From positions 352,001 through 416,000 of the forward strand of contig CBDCTZ010000013.1 of NCBI GenBank assembly GCA_965222375.1: DNA of 64,000 bases. The letters run 5' to 3'. Origin of the DNA: Polyangiaceae bacterium. Lineage in GTDB: Bacteria > Myxococcota_A > Polyangia > Polyangiales > Polyangiaceae. Made by a program: the position numbers and the translations under genes. Under the pieces are notes generated by a model. That model had not been told where the DNA came from. It did no database searches and saw nothing but the letters and a program-made list of their open reading frames with translations. Positions 56,281 to 64,000 of this stretch are shown piece by piece. Within the stretch, counting starts at the first letter, position 1, and each line of letters starts with the position of its first letter.

Positions 56281-57357
56281 ATGAAGGTTACGGTTTTGGG
56301 AGCGGGGGCCGGTGGTACGGCGATGGCGTTCGACTGCGCCTCTCACGGACACGAGGTCAGGCTGTTCGACTTCGCGCAGTTCCCCAACAACATTGCCAAG
56401 GTTGCGGAGCAGGGCGGCATTCATGCTCAGGGCGACATCGAGGGGTTCGGCAACATCGCCTATGCCGGGCACGACATTGGCGCGGCGCTGCAGGGCGCAG
56501 AGCTCATCTACGTCGTCGGACCCGCCTACGCCACGGACCCCTTCGGCAAAGCTGTGGCAGGCAAACTCCGTTCGGGCCAGACCGTCGTCGTGTCTCCGAG
56601 TTCCTGCGGCGGCGCGCTGGCGTTCAAGCGCGCGGCGCGTCTTGATGTCGACGATGATTCCGTGCGGGTCGCGGAGACATCGACGCTGCACTACGCCGTG
56701 CGCCTGACCGAGCCGGGCCGCATTCGTGTGTTCCTGAAACTCAAGGCTGGAAACCTGCTCGCTGCGTTGCCGGGCAAACACACGGATGACATCCTGAAGC
56801 TCATCGCCGACGTGTATCCAAGCATGGAGCCCGCGCGAAGTGTGCTGCAGACCAGCCTGCAGAACGCCAACCCCATCATCCATCCTGCCGTGACACTGGC
56901 CAACGCGGCGCGCATCGACACGGAAGGGGTGGATTTTCTGTTCTACGAAGAGGGCGTGAGTGACGCGACGGGCCGCCTGATTGAAGCCCTCGACAAGGAA
57001 CGGATCGCCATTGGCGACAAACTGGGCATCAAGGTTCTCAGAGATCCCGAGATAGGCATGCGCCAGGGTTACATGCGAGCAAACAACTACGGCTCGGGCT
57101 ACCGAGAAGCGCCCGGCTTCCTCGGTATCAGCGCGCAACCGCAGCTGGATCACCGCTATCTCAATGAAGACGTCGGCTACGGCCTGGTCTTCATGTCCAA
57201 TCTCGCGAGGCAAGTCGGCGTAGAGACGCCGACCATGAACGCGATCATTCAGGTCACCTCGGTGCTGATGAATCGCGACTATGCCGGCGAGGCGCTGCGG
57301 ACGCCCGAGTCCCTGGGCATCGGAGACCGATCCGCCGCTGAACTCGGCGAGCTATGA
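56281..57357 (+). CDS. NAD/NADP-dependent octopine/nopaline (opine) dehydrogenase family protein
   Basis: VLGAGAGG, ETSTL.YA.R, SLQNANPIIHP, FLFYEEG, LDKERIAI, HRYLNEDVGYGL. Confidence 0.92.
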   Translation: MKVTVLGAGAGGTAMAFDCASHGHEVRLFDFAQFPNNIAKVAEQGGIHAQGDIEGFGNIAYAGHDIGAALQGAELIYVVGPAYATDPFGKAVAGKLRSGQTVVVSPSSCGGALAFKRAARLDVDDDSVRVAETSTLHYAVRLTEPGRIRVFLKLKAGNLLAALPGKHTDDILKLIADVYPSMEPARSVLQTSLQNANPIIHPAVTLANAARIDTEGVDFLFYEEGVSDATGRLIEALDKERIAIGDKLGIKVLRDPEIGMRQGYMRANNYGSGYREAPGFLGISAQPQLDHRYLNEDVGYGLVFMSNLARQVGVETPTMNAIIQVTSVLMNRDYAGEALRTPESLGIGDRSAAELGEL

Positions 57358-57426
57358 GCGTCGCTCCATCTCGGGCTCGCAACACGTGCGACCGTCTCAG
57401 TGCCACCCACACCGCCGAACAGGCCA

Positions 57427-58141
57427 TCAAGGCGCAAACTCGATGCCATTGCAGGGCGTCGGAAAGCCCGCCTCCTCGACGAATAGGTCGTGCTGCACGG
57501 TACACTGCCGGCGCCGACACGACGGCGTCGCGCCGGTCACCGAGCAGGCGCTCGGACTGAAGGTGCCGCCCACCGCGGTGCATCGGCTCTCCAATCGGGT
57601 TCGCGCTTTCGGAGCATCCGTGACCATCGCGTGATGATCCACGCAGCGCCCCCCCCGCCGGCGAGTCGCAGCTGCCAAGGAGGGCGAAGCCATCGCAACC
57701 CTCGGTCGAAGGGCACTGCCAGGGACTGCGATCCACACCTCCGTCGCCGGCGTCCGCCCCGGCATCGGCGATTTGCCATCGCACTTCGCATGTCCGCACC
57801 ACGCATACGGGTACTGGGCTCGGAACCACGCAAACGACACCGCTCTGCACGGATTCGAAACCGCAAGCGCCGCTATCGCCACTCCAGTCGCCGTAGAAGT
57901 CATAGCAGTCCTGGCTGCCGACCGGATACGAACAGCTGCGTACGAAAGGCAAATCGCCGCAGTAGCCCGACGCGTTACCTGCGCCGGCAGCGCCACCGGT
58001 CGAGCCACCTGTACCGGCGGTGCCGCCACTTCCAGCGCCACCAGTCGCTCCATCTGAACTGGAAGAATCCCCGCACGCGTTTGCGGCGAGGAAACCAAAG
58101 GCGGCGACGAGTGCGCCTAAGCGGGTCTGAATCGAGGCCAT
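57427..58141 (-). pseudogene. Cys-rich lipoprotein split by a +1 frameshift in a G8 run (57649-57656)
   Basis: LAANAC lipobox frame reads to GSCDSPAGG; removing one G continues RCVDHH...LESRCTAVGGTFSPSAC...IEFAP*, echoing the first Cys domain. Confidence 0.7.
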
Positions 58142-58248
58142 GCTCGAATACTACCAGCGTGTGCTCTTCGCTCACGGCAGGCTAACGCTCGCGGATGCGG
58201 TTCTTGGGTTTTCCTACGCGCGCGTCCGTGGAAGTGTTCTCTCACCCC

Positions 58249-59589
58249 ATGGCCAAAACGACCCACCGCACCGCGCCGCTGCCTTCGACGCAGATGCCCA
58301 AGGGCATCCCCTACATCATCGGCAACGAGGCGGCAGAGCGCTTCAGCTACTACGGCATGCGCACGATCCTCGTCGTGTTCATGACCGAGTACCTGTTGAA
58401 CGCGGAGGGCGCGCTCGACGTCATGAGCAAAGAGGAGGCGAAGGGCTACTATCACCTGTTTGGCTCCGCGGTGTACGCGCTGCCCGCGCTGGGCGCGATC
58501 GTCAGCGACGCGTGGTGGGGCAAGTACAGCACAATCCTGCGCGTGTCGATCATCTACTGCCTGGGCCACCTGGCCTTGGCCCTGGACGAGACGCGCCTGG
58601 GCCTGGCCGTAGGGCTCAGCCTGATCGCGATCGGATCTGGCGGCATCAAGCCCTGCGTGACCGCTCACGTCGGCGATCAGTTCGGTACGAAGAACGAGCA
58701 CCTGCTCAGCCGAGTCATCGGTTGGTTCTACTTCTCCATCAACTTCGGGTCGTTTTTCGCCACGCTGCTGACCCCGTGGCTCTTGAAGCACCACGGCCCC
58801 CACGTGGCGTTTGGCCTGCCGGGCCTATTGATGTTCTTGGCCACGTTGGTGTTCTGGATGGGCCGCAACAAGTACGTGCACGTACCGCCCAAAGGCATGG
58901 CCTTCGTCAAAGAGGCGTTCAGCCGCGAAGGCCTGAAGGCCGTCGGTAAGCTCATCATCGTGATGCTATTCCTATCGCCCTACTACGCGCTCTTCGAGCA
59001 GCAGGGCTCTTCGTGGATCCTTCAGGCCAAGCAGATGGACCGTACGCTGCCCCTCATCGGCGAGGTGCTTCCGTCACAAGTGCATGCCGTCAATCCGCTG
59101 CTGGTGATGCTGTTCGTGCCGCTCTTCGAGTACGTGCTCTACCCCTTTGTGCGCCGCTTCACGGAAGTCACGCCGCTTCGCAAGATCGGCGCCGGCTTCT
59201 TCTTGGTCGCCGGCTCCTTCGCGGTGTGCGCTCACGCTGAAGCGCTGATCCAAGCTGGTGAAACGCCGACCATATGGTGGCAACTACTCGCCTATGCGCT
59301 GGTTACGGCCGGCGAGGTGCTCATCTCGGTGACGTCCCTCGAGTTCTTCTATACCCAGGCGCCGCGCAAGATGAAGTCCATGATCATGTCGATCAAGATG
59401 TTTGCCGTTTCCCTCGGCAACCTCGTCGCGGCGGGCGTGAACTTCTTGATTATGAACCCGGACAAGACGTCCAAGCTCCCGGGGGCGAGCTACTTCCTCT
59501 TCTTCGTCGGGATGATGGTGCTGACCGGGCTGCTCTACATTCCGGTAGCGAAGGCCTACAAGGTGCGGAACTACATGCAGGGGGAATAG
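58249..59589 (+). CDS. POT/PTR2 family proton-dependent oligopeptide transporter
   Basis: EAAERFSYYGMR, GSGGIKP, GDQF, FYFSINFGS, EQQGSSW, NPL, GEVLIS, QAP..MKS. Confidence 0.96.
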   Translation: MAKTTHRTAPLPSTQMPKGIPYIIGNEAAERFSYYGMRTILVVFMTEYLLNAEGALDVMSKEEAKGYYHLFGSAVYALPALGAIVSDAWWGKYSTILRVSIIYCLGHLALALDETRLGLAVGLSLIAIGSGGIKPCVTAHVGDQFGTKNEHLLSRVIGWFYFSINFGSFFATLLTPWLLKHHGPHVAFGLPGLLMFLATLVFWMGRNKYVHVPPKGMAFVKEAFSREGLKAVGKLIIVMLFLSPYYALFEQQGSSWILQAKQMDRTLPLIGEVLPSQVHAVNPLLVMLFVPLFEYVLYPFVRRFTEVTPLRKIGAGFFLVAGSFAVCAHAEALIQAGETPTIWWQLLAYALVTAGEVLISVTSLEFFYTQAPRKMKSMIMSIKMFAVSLGNLVAAGVNFLIMNPDKTSKLPGASYFLFFVGMMVLTGLLYIPVAKAYKVRNYMQGE

Positions 59590-59703
59590 ACCTGCTGGCT
59601 GCCTCGACGGAGGCGAGCTTGCCACCCGTGAAGCTGTGCGATTCGACCGGGCCTCAGCCCACAGCCTGGGGCTGCGTCCTGGGACCGAATCAACACGACG
59701 AAC

Positions 59704-60570
59704 TCACTCGTCGCAGTGATGGCCGGGGACGCAGAATGGTCCTGTGCTGTTGCTGCAGGTTCCGCCCTTGGGCGTGTCGTTCGGCGGCTGGAAACAGGCG
59801 ATGACTGGGCCACCGTTCTCGGTACCCAAGTCACACGCCTCTCCCGCTCCCGTACAACCGGCATTGGTGAGTGGGTTGCAATTCACGGGCAGCGCGCCGG
59901 GTTTGACGCAGCCCGCAGGCAGGCCGGCTCCACCATCCGACGAGGTGCCACCGGATCCGGCATCTGTGCTCGCATCGGTGGCAGCACCGCCGGTTCCCGA
60001 ATCTGTGCTCGCTCCACCCGTGCCGGAGTCTGTGGCAGCGCCACCGGTTCCGGAATCTGTGCTCGCTGCATCAGCTCCGGAATCCGTGCTCGTTCCACCC
60101 GTGCCAGCATCAACGCTCGTGCCACCAGCTCCAGAGTCCGTGGCGGCTCCGCCGGTTCCGGCATCAGCGCCGGCGCTACCGCCACTTCCGCCACCATCGG
60201 CTGTGCCAGCTTCGCACAGGCCTAGCGTGCCGAGCTGCGCTGCATCCAACGGAGCGCACGTCTCACCGGCGGCGCAATCGCTATCGGAACAGCAAAATTG
60301 CTTGCACGTCCCGTTCTGGGAAGCACCCCCAGTGCCACCGGTGTTGCCGCCGCCTCCCGTGGCGCCGGTTCCACCGCCCGCGCCCGTGGCGCCGGTTCCG
60401 CCACCTGCGCCCGTCGCGCCCGTGCCGCCTCCGGAGCCCGAGAAACCGCCGAAGGCGCCGCTGCCCCCGCTGCCACCACTGCCGTCGTCGCTATCGCTGG
60501 AACAGGCCACGCCCGAACCGAGCGCCACAACTCCCAAGACCACGCCTAAACCTAATGAACCCTTCATCAT
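59704..60570 (-). CDS. Gly/Thr/Ser-rich lipoprotein with two Cys-rich domains
   Basis: SGVAC lipobox; GGTGAT and DSGTGGAAT repeats; CNPLTNAGC..GEACD. Confidence 0.8.
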   Translation of the reverse strand: MMKGSLGLGVVLGVVALGSGVACSSDSDDGSGGSGGSGAFGGFSGSGGGTGATGAGGGTGATGAGGGTGATGGGGNTGGTGGASQNGTCKQFCCSDSDCAAGETCAPLDAAQLGTLGLCEAGTADGGGSGGSAGADAGTGGAATDSGAGGTSVDAGTGGTSTDSGADAASTDSGTGGAATDSGTGGASTDSGTGGAATDASTDAGSGGTSSDGGAGLPAGCVKPGALPVNCNPLTNAGCTGAGEACDLGTENGGPVIACFQPPNDTPKGGTCSNSTGPFCVPGHHCDE

Positions 60571-60833
60571 TGACTCCGTATCCTGGGACGTGCCCGGGTG
60601 TGCGTCTCGCCGAGTTACTCGACAGCCGCGCGAGGCCGGAAGTGTTTACGCGAGTAGGCGTCGTGTCAACGCAGTTTCGGCGAATCTTGGAAAAAATGGA
60701 AGTGTGAGCGTCTGCGCCCAGGGTGTTCGAGTCTGATTGGCCAACAGAGGCCGCTGAGTGGCCCTCAGCCTTCGCAACAAGCCCCGTAGCTGGGCGCGAA
60801 AAGATGCACCAGTGCGCGTGATAGACTTGTGGG

Positions 60834-61596
60834 ATGCGACTAAGAGCGGCCGTGGTCGCCAGCTCGTTGTTGGCGACTGGGTTGGCATGTAGCAGTGGCG
60901 AAAGTCGTGGGACCACTCCCCGGCTCGGGCGGCGGCGCCGGGGCGGCGGGTGGCGCAGGCGGCACATCCGGAGGCAGCGCTTCTGGAGGCGGCACGACGA
61001 GCTGGACCGGAGTGGCAACTGGCGACCCACTGCAAGTGACAGTGCAAATCGTCGTTCGCATGCTCACGCAGCCAAGCACTCACGCTGTGGTGGGTGTGTA
61101 CAACCCGGTCACGAGTTCGCAGCCCGACGGCGCAACCGTCACGCTGACTCCATCCGGGGAGAGCCCGATTGTACTCGGGGGTGGCGGCGGCATCCCGTAC
61201 CAAAAAGGATTCCAGCTCGGGTGGGTGGCGAGCTACGAACTGTCGATCTCACACACGTCCGGTTCGCGCACTGGCATCGTCATAACGCCCGCGAGCGCGC
61301 ACACCGTCGCACTCGATCCTCCACCGAAGGTAGACACGCCTACGCTCGTGACCTGGACGCCTAGTGGCGAAACCGACGTGGGCGCCCACGTTCTTCTCGG
61401 GAAATATGGAACCCCATCCGCTAGCCCCCTGCCGGACTCGGGTTCGTTCATGGTCCCCGCGACGGCCTTCCCGGCCCCCGGCGGAAACTCCGTCACTCTG
61501 GAAGTGCAGCGGTCCCGGCAGGATACGATGCTCCCGGAGCTATCGGTGCAAACCGTCGTGAGCGCATACCAACAGCAGATTGTCGTCCAGCCGTAG
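60834..61596 (+). pseudogene. Lipoprotein split by a +1 frameshift near a C4 run (60918-60921)
   Basis: MRLRAAVVASSLLATGLAC SSGESRGTTP in one frame; GSGGGAG linker and globular domain in the +1 frame (track ORF 60895-61596), which has no signal peptide. Confidence 0.7.
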
Positions 61597-61719
61597 GGAG
61601 CGGCCAACGAGGGGGCTTCAGTCTCGAGCACGGCATGCGTTGCCGCGAGCGGGCACTCATCGGCACATGATTAGCTTTGAGAGCAGACGTGGTCTCCGCG
61701 CAATACGCAGCGGGTCGGT

Positions 61720-62973
61720 TCAACCCCAGCATCGCCCTAGTCGAAAGCGTCTCAAAAAGCCTATCGCCAAACAGCCGAGTAAGAAGCCCAGCGCAGGTCG
61801 TGGGCCGCGACGCGGGACACCGCAGGCACAGCTGCCCTCGACCGGGTCTGTGCCATCGGAATTGCCCACGGTCGGGTCGGAGCCCGGCCCACTGCCGACC
61901 ACCGCGCCGCTCGCCCCCCAACCCGAAGCTGCGGCGCCGCCCGCGCCACCTAGGGAGTAGGGGGCGCCAGCCAGTCCTGCCCCAGCCGCCCCGGCCACTC
62001 CGACGCCGCCGGCGCCACCGATCCCCTGCGAATCATCGATGTCCAAGTGGAACGTCTGAACGTTGAACTGCCCGCCGCTGTCGGCAACCCGCGCGTCGAA
62101 TTGAAAGCTTCCAGCCACTGTGGGTGTGCCGCCGATACTTCCTCCTGCCTCGAGGCTGAGCCCGCTGGGCAAGCTCGAGCCGGGCTCGAGGGAGAAAACC
62201 AACGGCGCTTTTCCATTTTGCGCACTGAGTCGAGCGGGCCCGTAGCTCTGTCCAACCGTGCCGTTGGGAAGCGAGGTGGTCGCCCAGACTAGACCACCCG
62301 GACACGGCAATGCATCGGGACCGAAGGGGCCACCCGGGATCAGATCAATGATCAGGTTGGAAAACTTCCATCCGACCGGCGCCCCTACGGGCGAGGCCGG
62401 ATTCTTGAAACTGAAGATCACGACCAGGCCCTGCTTGCCCGGTGAGATGGACTTCGTCACCGGGCGCTGGATGAAGTTCGTGGCGCCTCCGCCAGTTGCC
62501 GTGGTCGTGTGAGTGCCTTTCTCCGCGTCGTGGCTGATCGACACCTTGTACACAGTGTTTTCTTTCCAGGCGGCGGGCTCACTCCAATTCCGGGCTTCGG
62601 TTTCGAGACTGGTTATCTGGTGCGGGTTCTTCTTCCGGATCAAGAACCAGTCGTACTGCTGATTCACGTTGTACGGCAGATTTCGGACCCAACTTATTGG
62701 GTAGTAGTCCGCCCCGGGTATCCATGAGCCGATCTCCATGTCGTAGCTCATGCTGAGCTTCTTGTAGTGCTTGGACTTTTCGACCGGCAGGTTGATGCGC
62801 AGCTCGTCGCCTGGGGACTTCGGGCTCCAAGCCGTCGAAACACCTTGGTAGTGCACCGGCTGGCTAGCAGGGCATTGTGCGCCGGCGGCGGAAGCGGAGG
62901 GGCTCGCCAAAGCGAGGGCGAGTGCTGGCAGTGCCGCGCACAGTGAGAAGCCGTACCTGAATCGTCCGAGCAT
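61720..62973 (-). CDS. Cell-surface protein with putative Ig (He_PIG-like) domain and MYXO-CTERM-like sorting signal
   Basis: Signal peptide; TTSLPNGTVGQSY...GSSLPSGLSL...GTPT.AGSF.F; C-terminal GSCACG, TM segment, RRFR. Confidence 0.8.
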   Translation of the reverse strand: MLGRFRYGFSLCAALPALALALASPSASAAGAQCPASQPVHYQGVSTAWSPKSPGDELRINLPVEKSKHYKKLSMSYDMEIGSWIPGADYYPISWVRNLPYNVNQQYDWFLIRKKNPHQITSLETEARNWSEPAAWKENTVYKVSISHDAEKGTHTTTATGGGATNFIQRPVTKSISPGKQGLVVIFSFKNPASPVGAPVGWKFSNLIIDLIPGGPFGPDALPCPGGLVWATTSLPNGTVGQSYGPARLSAQNGKAPLVFSLEPGSSLPSGLSLEAGGSIGGTPTVAGSFQFDARVADSGGQFNVQTFHLDIDDSQGIGGAGGVGVAGAAGAGLAGAPYSLGGAGGAAASGWGASGAVVGSGPGSDPTVGNSDGTDPVEGSCACGVPRRGPRPALGFLLGCLAIGFLRRFRLGRCWG

Positions 62974-63228
62974 AGCGAGACGGATCACTGCACGCGGCGT
63001 GCCACCCGTCTGCGCGGCGTTTTGCGCGGCCGCGCAGCAGAGGCCAGCCGCGTTGACAACCGCGGGTTGGCACCCCCCCGTTGCGCCGCACTTGCGTGAT
63101 CGTTGGCCGCGCGGAACTCGATAGCCCGTTGGACACCGACGCCGCACCCCTTGGCTCTTGGGTTGTCGAAGCACGTCTCGAGGGCGCGGGCTTGGACAAA
63201 GCAAGCGCTATCTCGTATTCAACGGAGC

Positions 63229-63393
63229 ATGTGTCTGATTTGCCTCGACTTCGAAAAAGGAAAGCTCACCACTCGTGAAGCGCGTCGCGCGCTCGGAGAG
63301 ATGGCGCCGCAGCTCGAACCAGACCACCTCCGAGAGGTGGAATCGCTAATCGAGGAGGCGGAGGCGGAAGAAGCAGCTCAGAGCGAGGGCTAA
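63229..63393 (+). CDS. Small hypothetical protein (54 aa, N-terminal CxxC)
   Basis: GGAG RBS; MCLICLDFEKGKLTTREARRALGEM... Confidence 0.7.
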   Translation: MCLICLDFEKGKLTTREARRALGEMAPQLEPDHLREVESLIEEAEAEEAAQSEG

Positions 63394-63608
63394 CGATTTC
63401 CGCGACGGAAACGACGCTAGCGGTGAGCAGGGCGCGGGCAGCGCTCGATCGTGGCGCGAAGGTCGAAGGCTATGGTCCGGGCTTCGGCGCCACATCCTCG
63501 ACGCCCGGTGAGTGGCAGCGGCGGTAGTCTCGCCTGCGGGCGACGCCTCGTCACGCGTTGCCTGATTGTGAGACCCGTGCGACCCTGGGTGGTGTTGGTG
63601 GAGGGACG

Positions 63609-64000
63609 ATGAAGCGGGAAGCGACCTGGATCTTTGTGGCTGTTCTGACGATGGCCTCCTCGCCGGCGTGTGGAGGTGACGACGACTCCGGTGGCGGGAG
63701 CGGCGGGAGTGCGGGGAGTGCGGGCTCAGGAGCGACGGGCGGTTCTGGCGGCGCCGGGGCAACGGGCGGCGTGGCCACCGGCGGCACGAGCGGTTCCGGA
63801 GCGACGGGCGGCGTGGCCACCGGCGGCACGAGTGGTTCGGGGGCGACCGCCGGCGCGGGCGCGACCGGCGGCGGGGACGGAGGGACCGGTGACCCCCGCT
63901 GCCCCGGCGTCTGCGCCAAGGAAGCCGCAGCCAGCTGCCCGGGCTGGACGGAACCCGCGTGTCTGAAGGAATGCAACGACTCGGTCGCATCGGGCACGGC
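63609..64000 (+). CDS. Gly-rich Cys-containing lipoprotein, truncated by the window edge
   Basis: Manual translation: GGAGGG RBS, MKREATWIFVAVLTMASSPACGGDDDSGG...RCPGVC...CLKEC; frame open to the end. Confidence 0.75.
   Translation, partial: MKREATWIFVAVLTMASSPACGGDDDSGGGSGGSAGSAGSGATGGSGGAGATGGVATGGTSGSGATGGVATGGTSGSGATAGAGATGGGDGGTGDPRCPGVCAKEAAASCPGWTEPACLKECNDSVASGT

Noticed and set aside
56281..59589. Opine dehydrogenase plus transporter as an opine-metallophore (staphylopine/pseudopaline-type) cluster
   Set aside because: No nicotianamine-synthase-like gene nearby; the POT transporter is separated by an opposite-strand gene and the racemase is 10 kb away.
59940..60480. Tandem DNA repeats as a possible CRISPR array (also 53466-53617, 63760-63845)
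   Set aside because: In-frame coding repeats for Gly/Thr or Lys/Ala linkers; no unique spacers and no cas genes.

Overview
GC-rich bacterial chromosomal window. The gene content points to Myxococcota, probably Polyangiaceae-like (inference): four Hanks-type Ser/Thr kinases, many Gly/Cys-rich lipoproteins, a MYXO-CTERM-like protein and an ECF sigma/anti-sigma module. Recognisable genes include feoAB with a Fur-box-like palindrome, an MPG glycosylase, coaBC, yebC, an SF1 DNA2/NAM7-type helicase, an amino acid racemase, a YcaC/LysR pair, an opine dehydrogenase, a POT transporter and two tRNA-Leu genes. Both tRNAs adjoin accessory DNA. tRNA-Leu(TAA) has a 27-bp duplication of its 3' end and a decayed DNRLRE-like gene upstream. 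tRNA-Leu(GAG) is followed by an island with an IS21 istB remnant, a PIN toxin-antitoxin pair and Cys-rich lipoproteins. The most notable observations are: (i) an in-frame UGA at an expected Cys position of a Cys-rich lipoprotein, followed 11 nt later by a SECIS-like hairpin; (ii) several frameshifts confined to surface-lipoprotein genes; (iii) a prenyltransferase-repeat/GGDEF fusion; (iv) a pentapeptide-repeat K+ channel translationally coupled to an HDOD protein; (v) a kinase with a histone-H1-like tail. No CRISPR array, rRNA, integrase or intact transposase was seen. Family assignments rest on motif recognition only; no searches were run, and start codons are best estimates.
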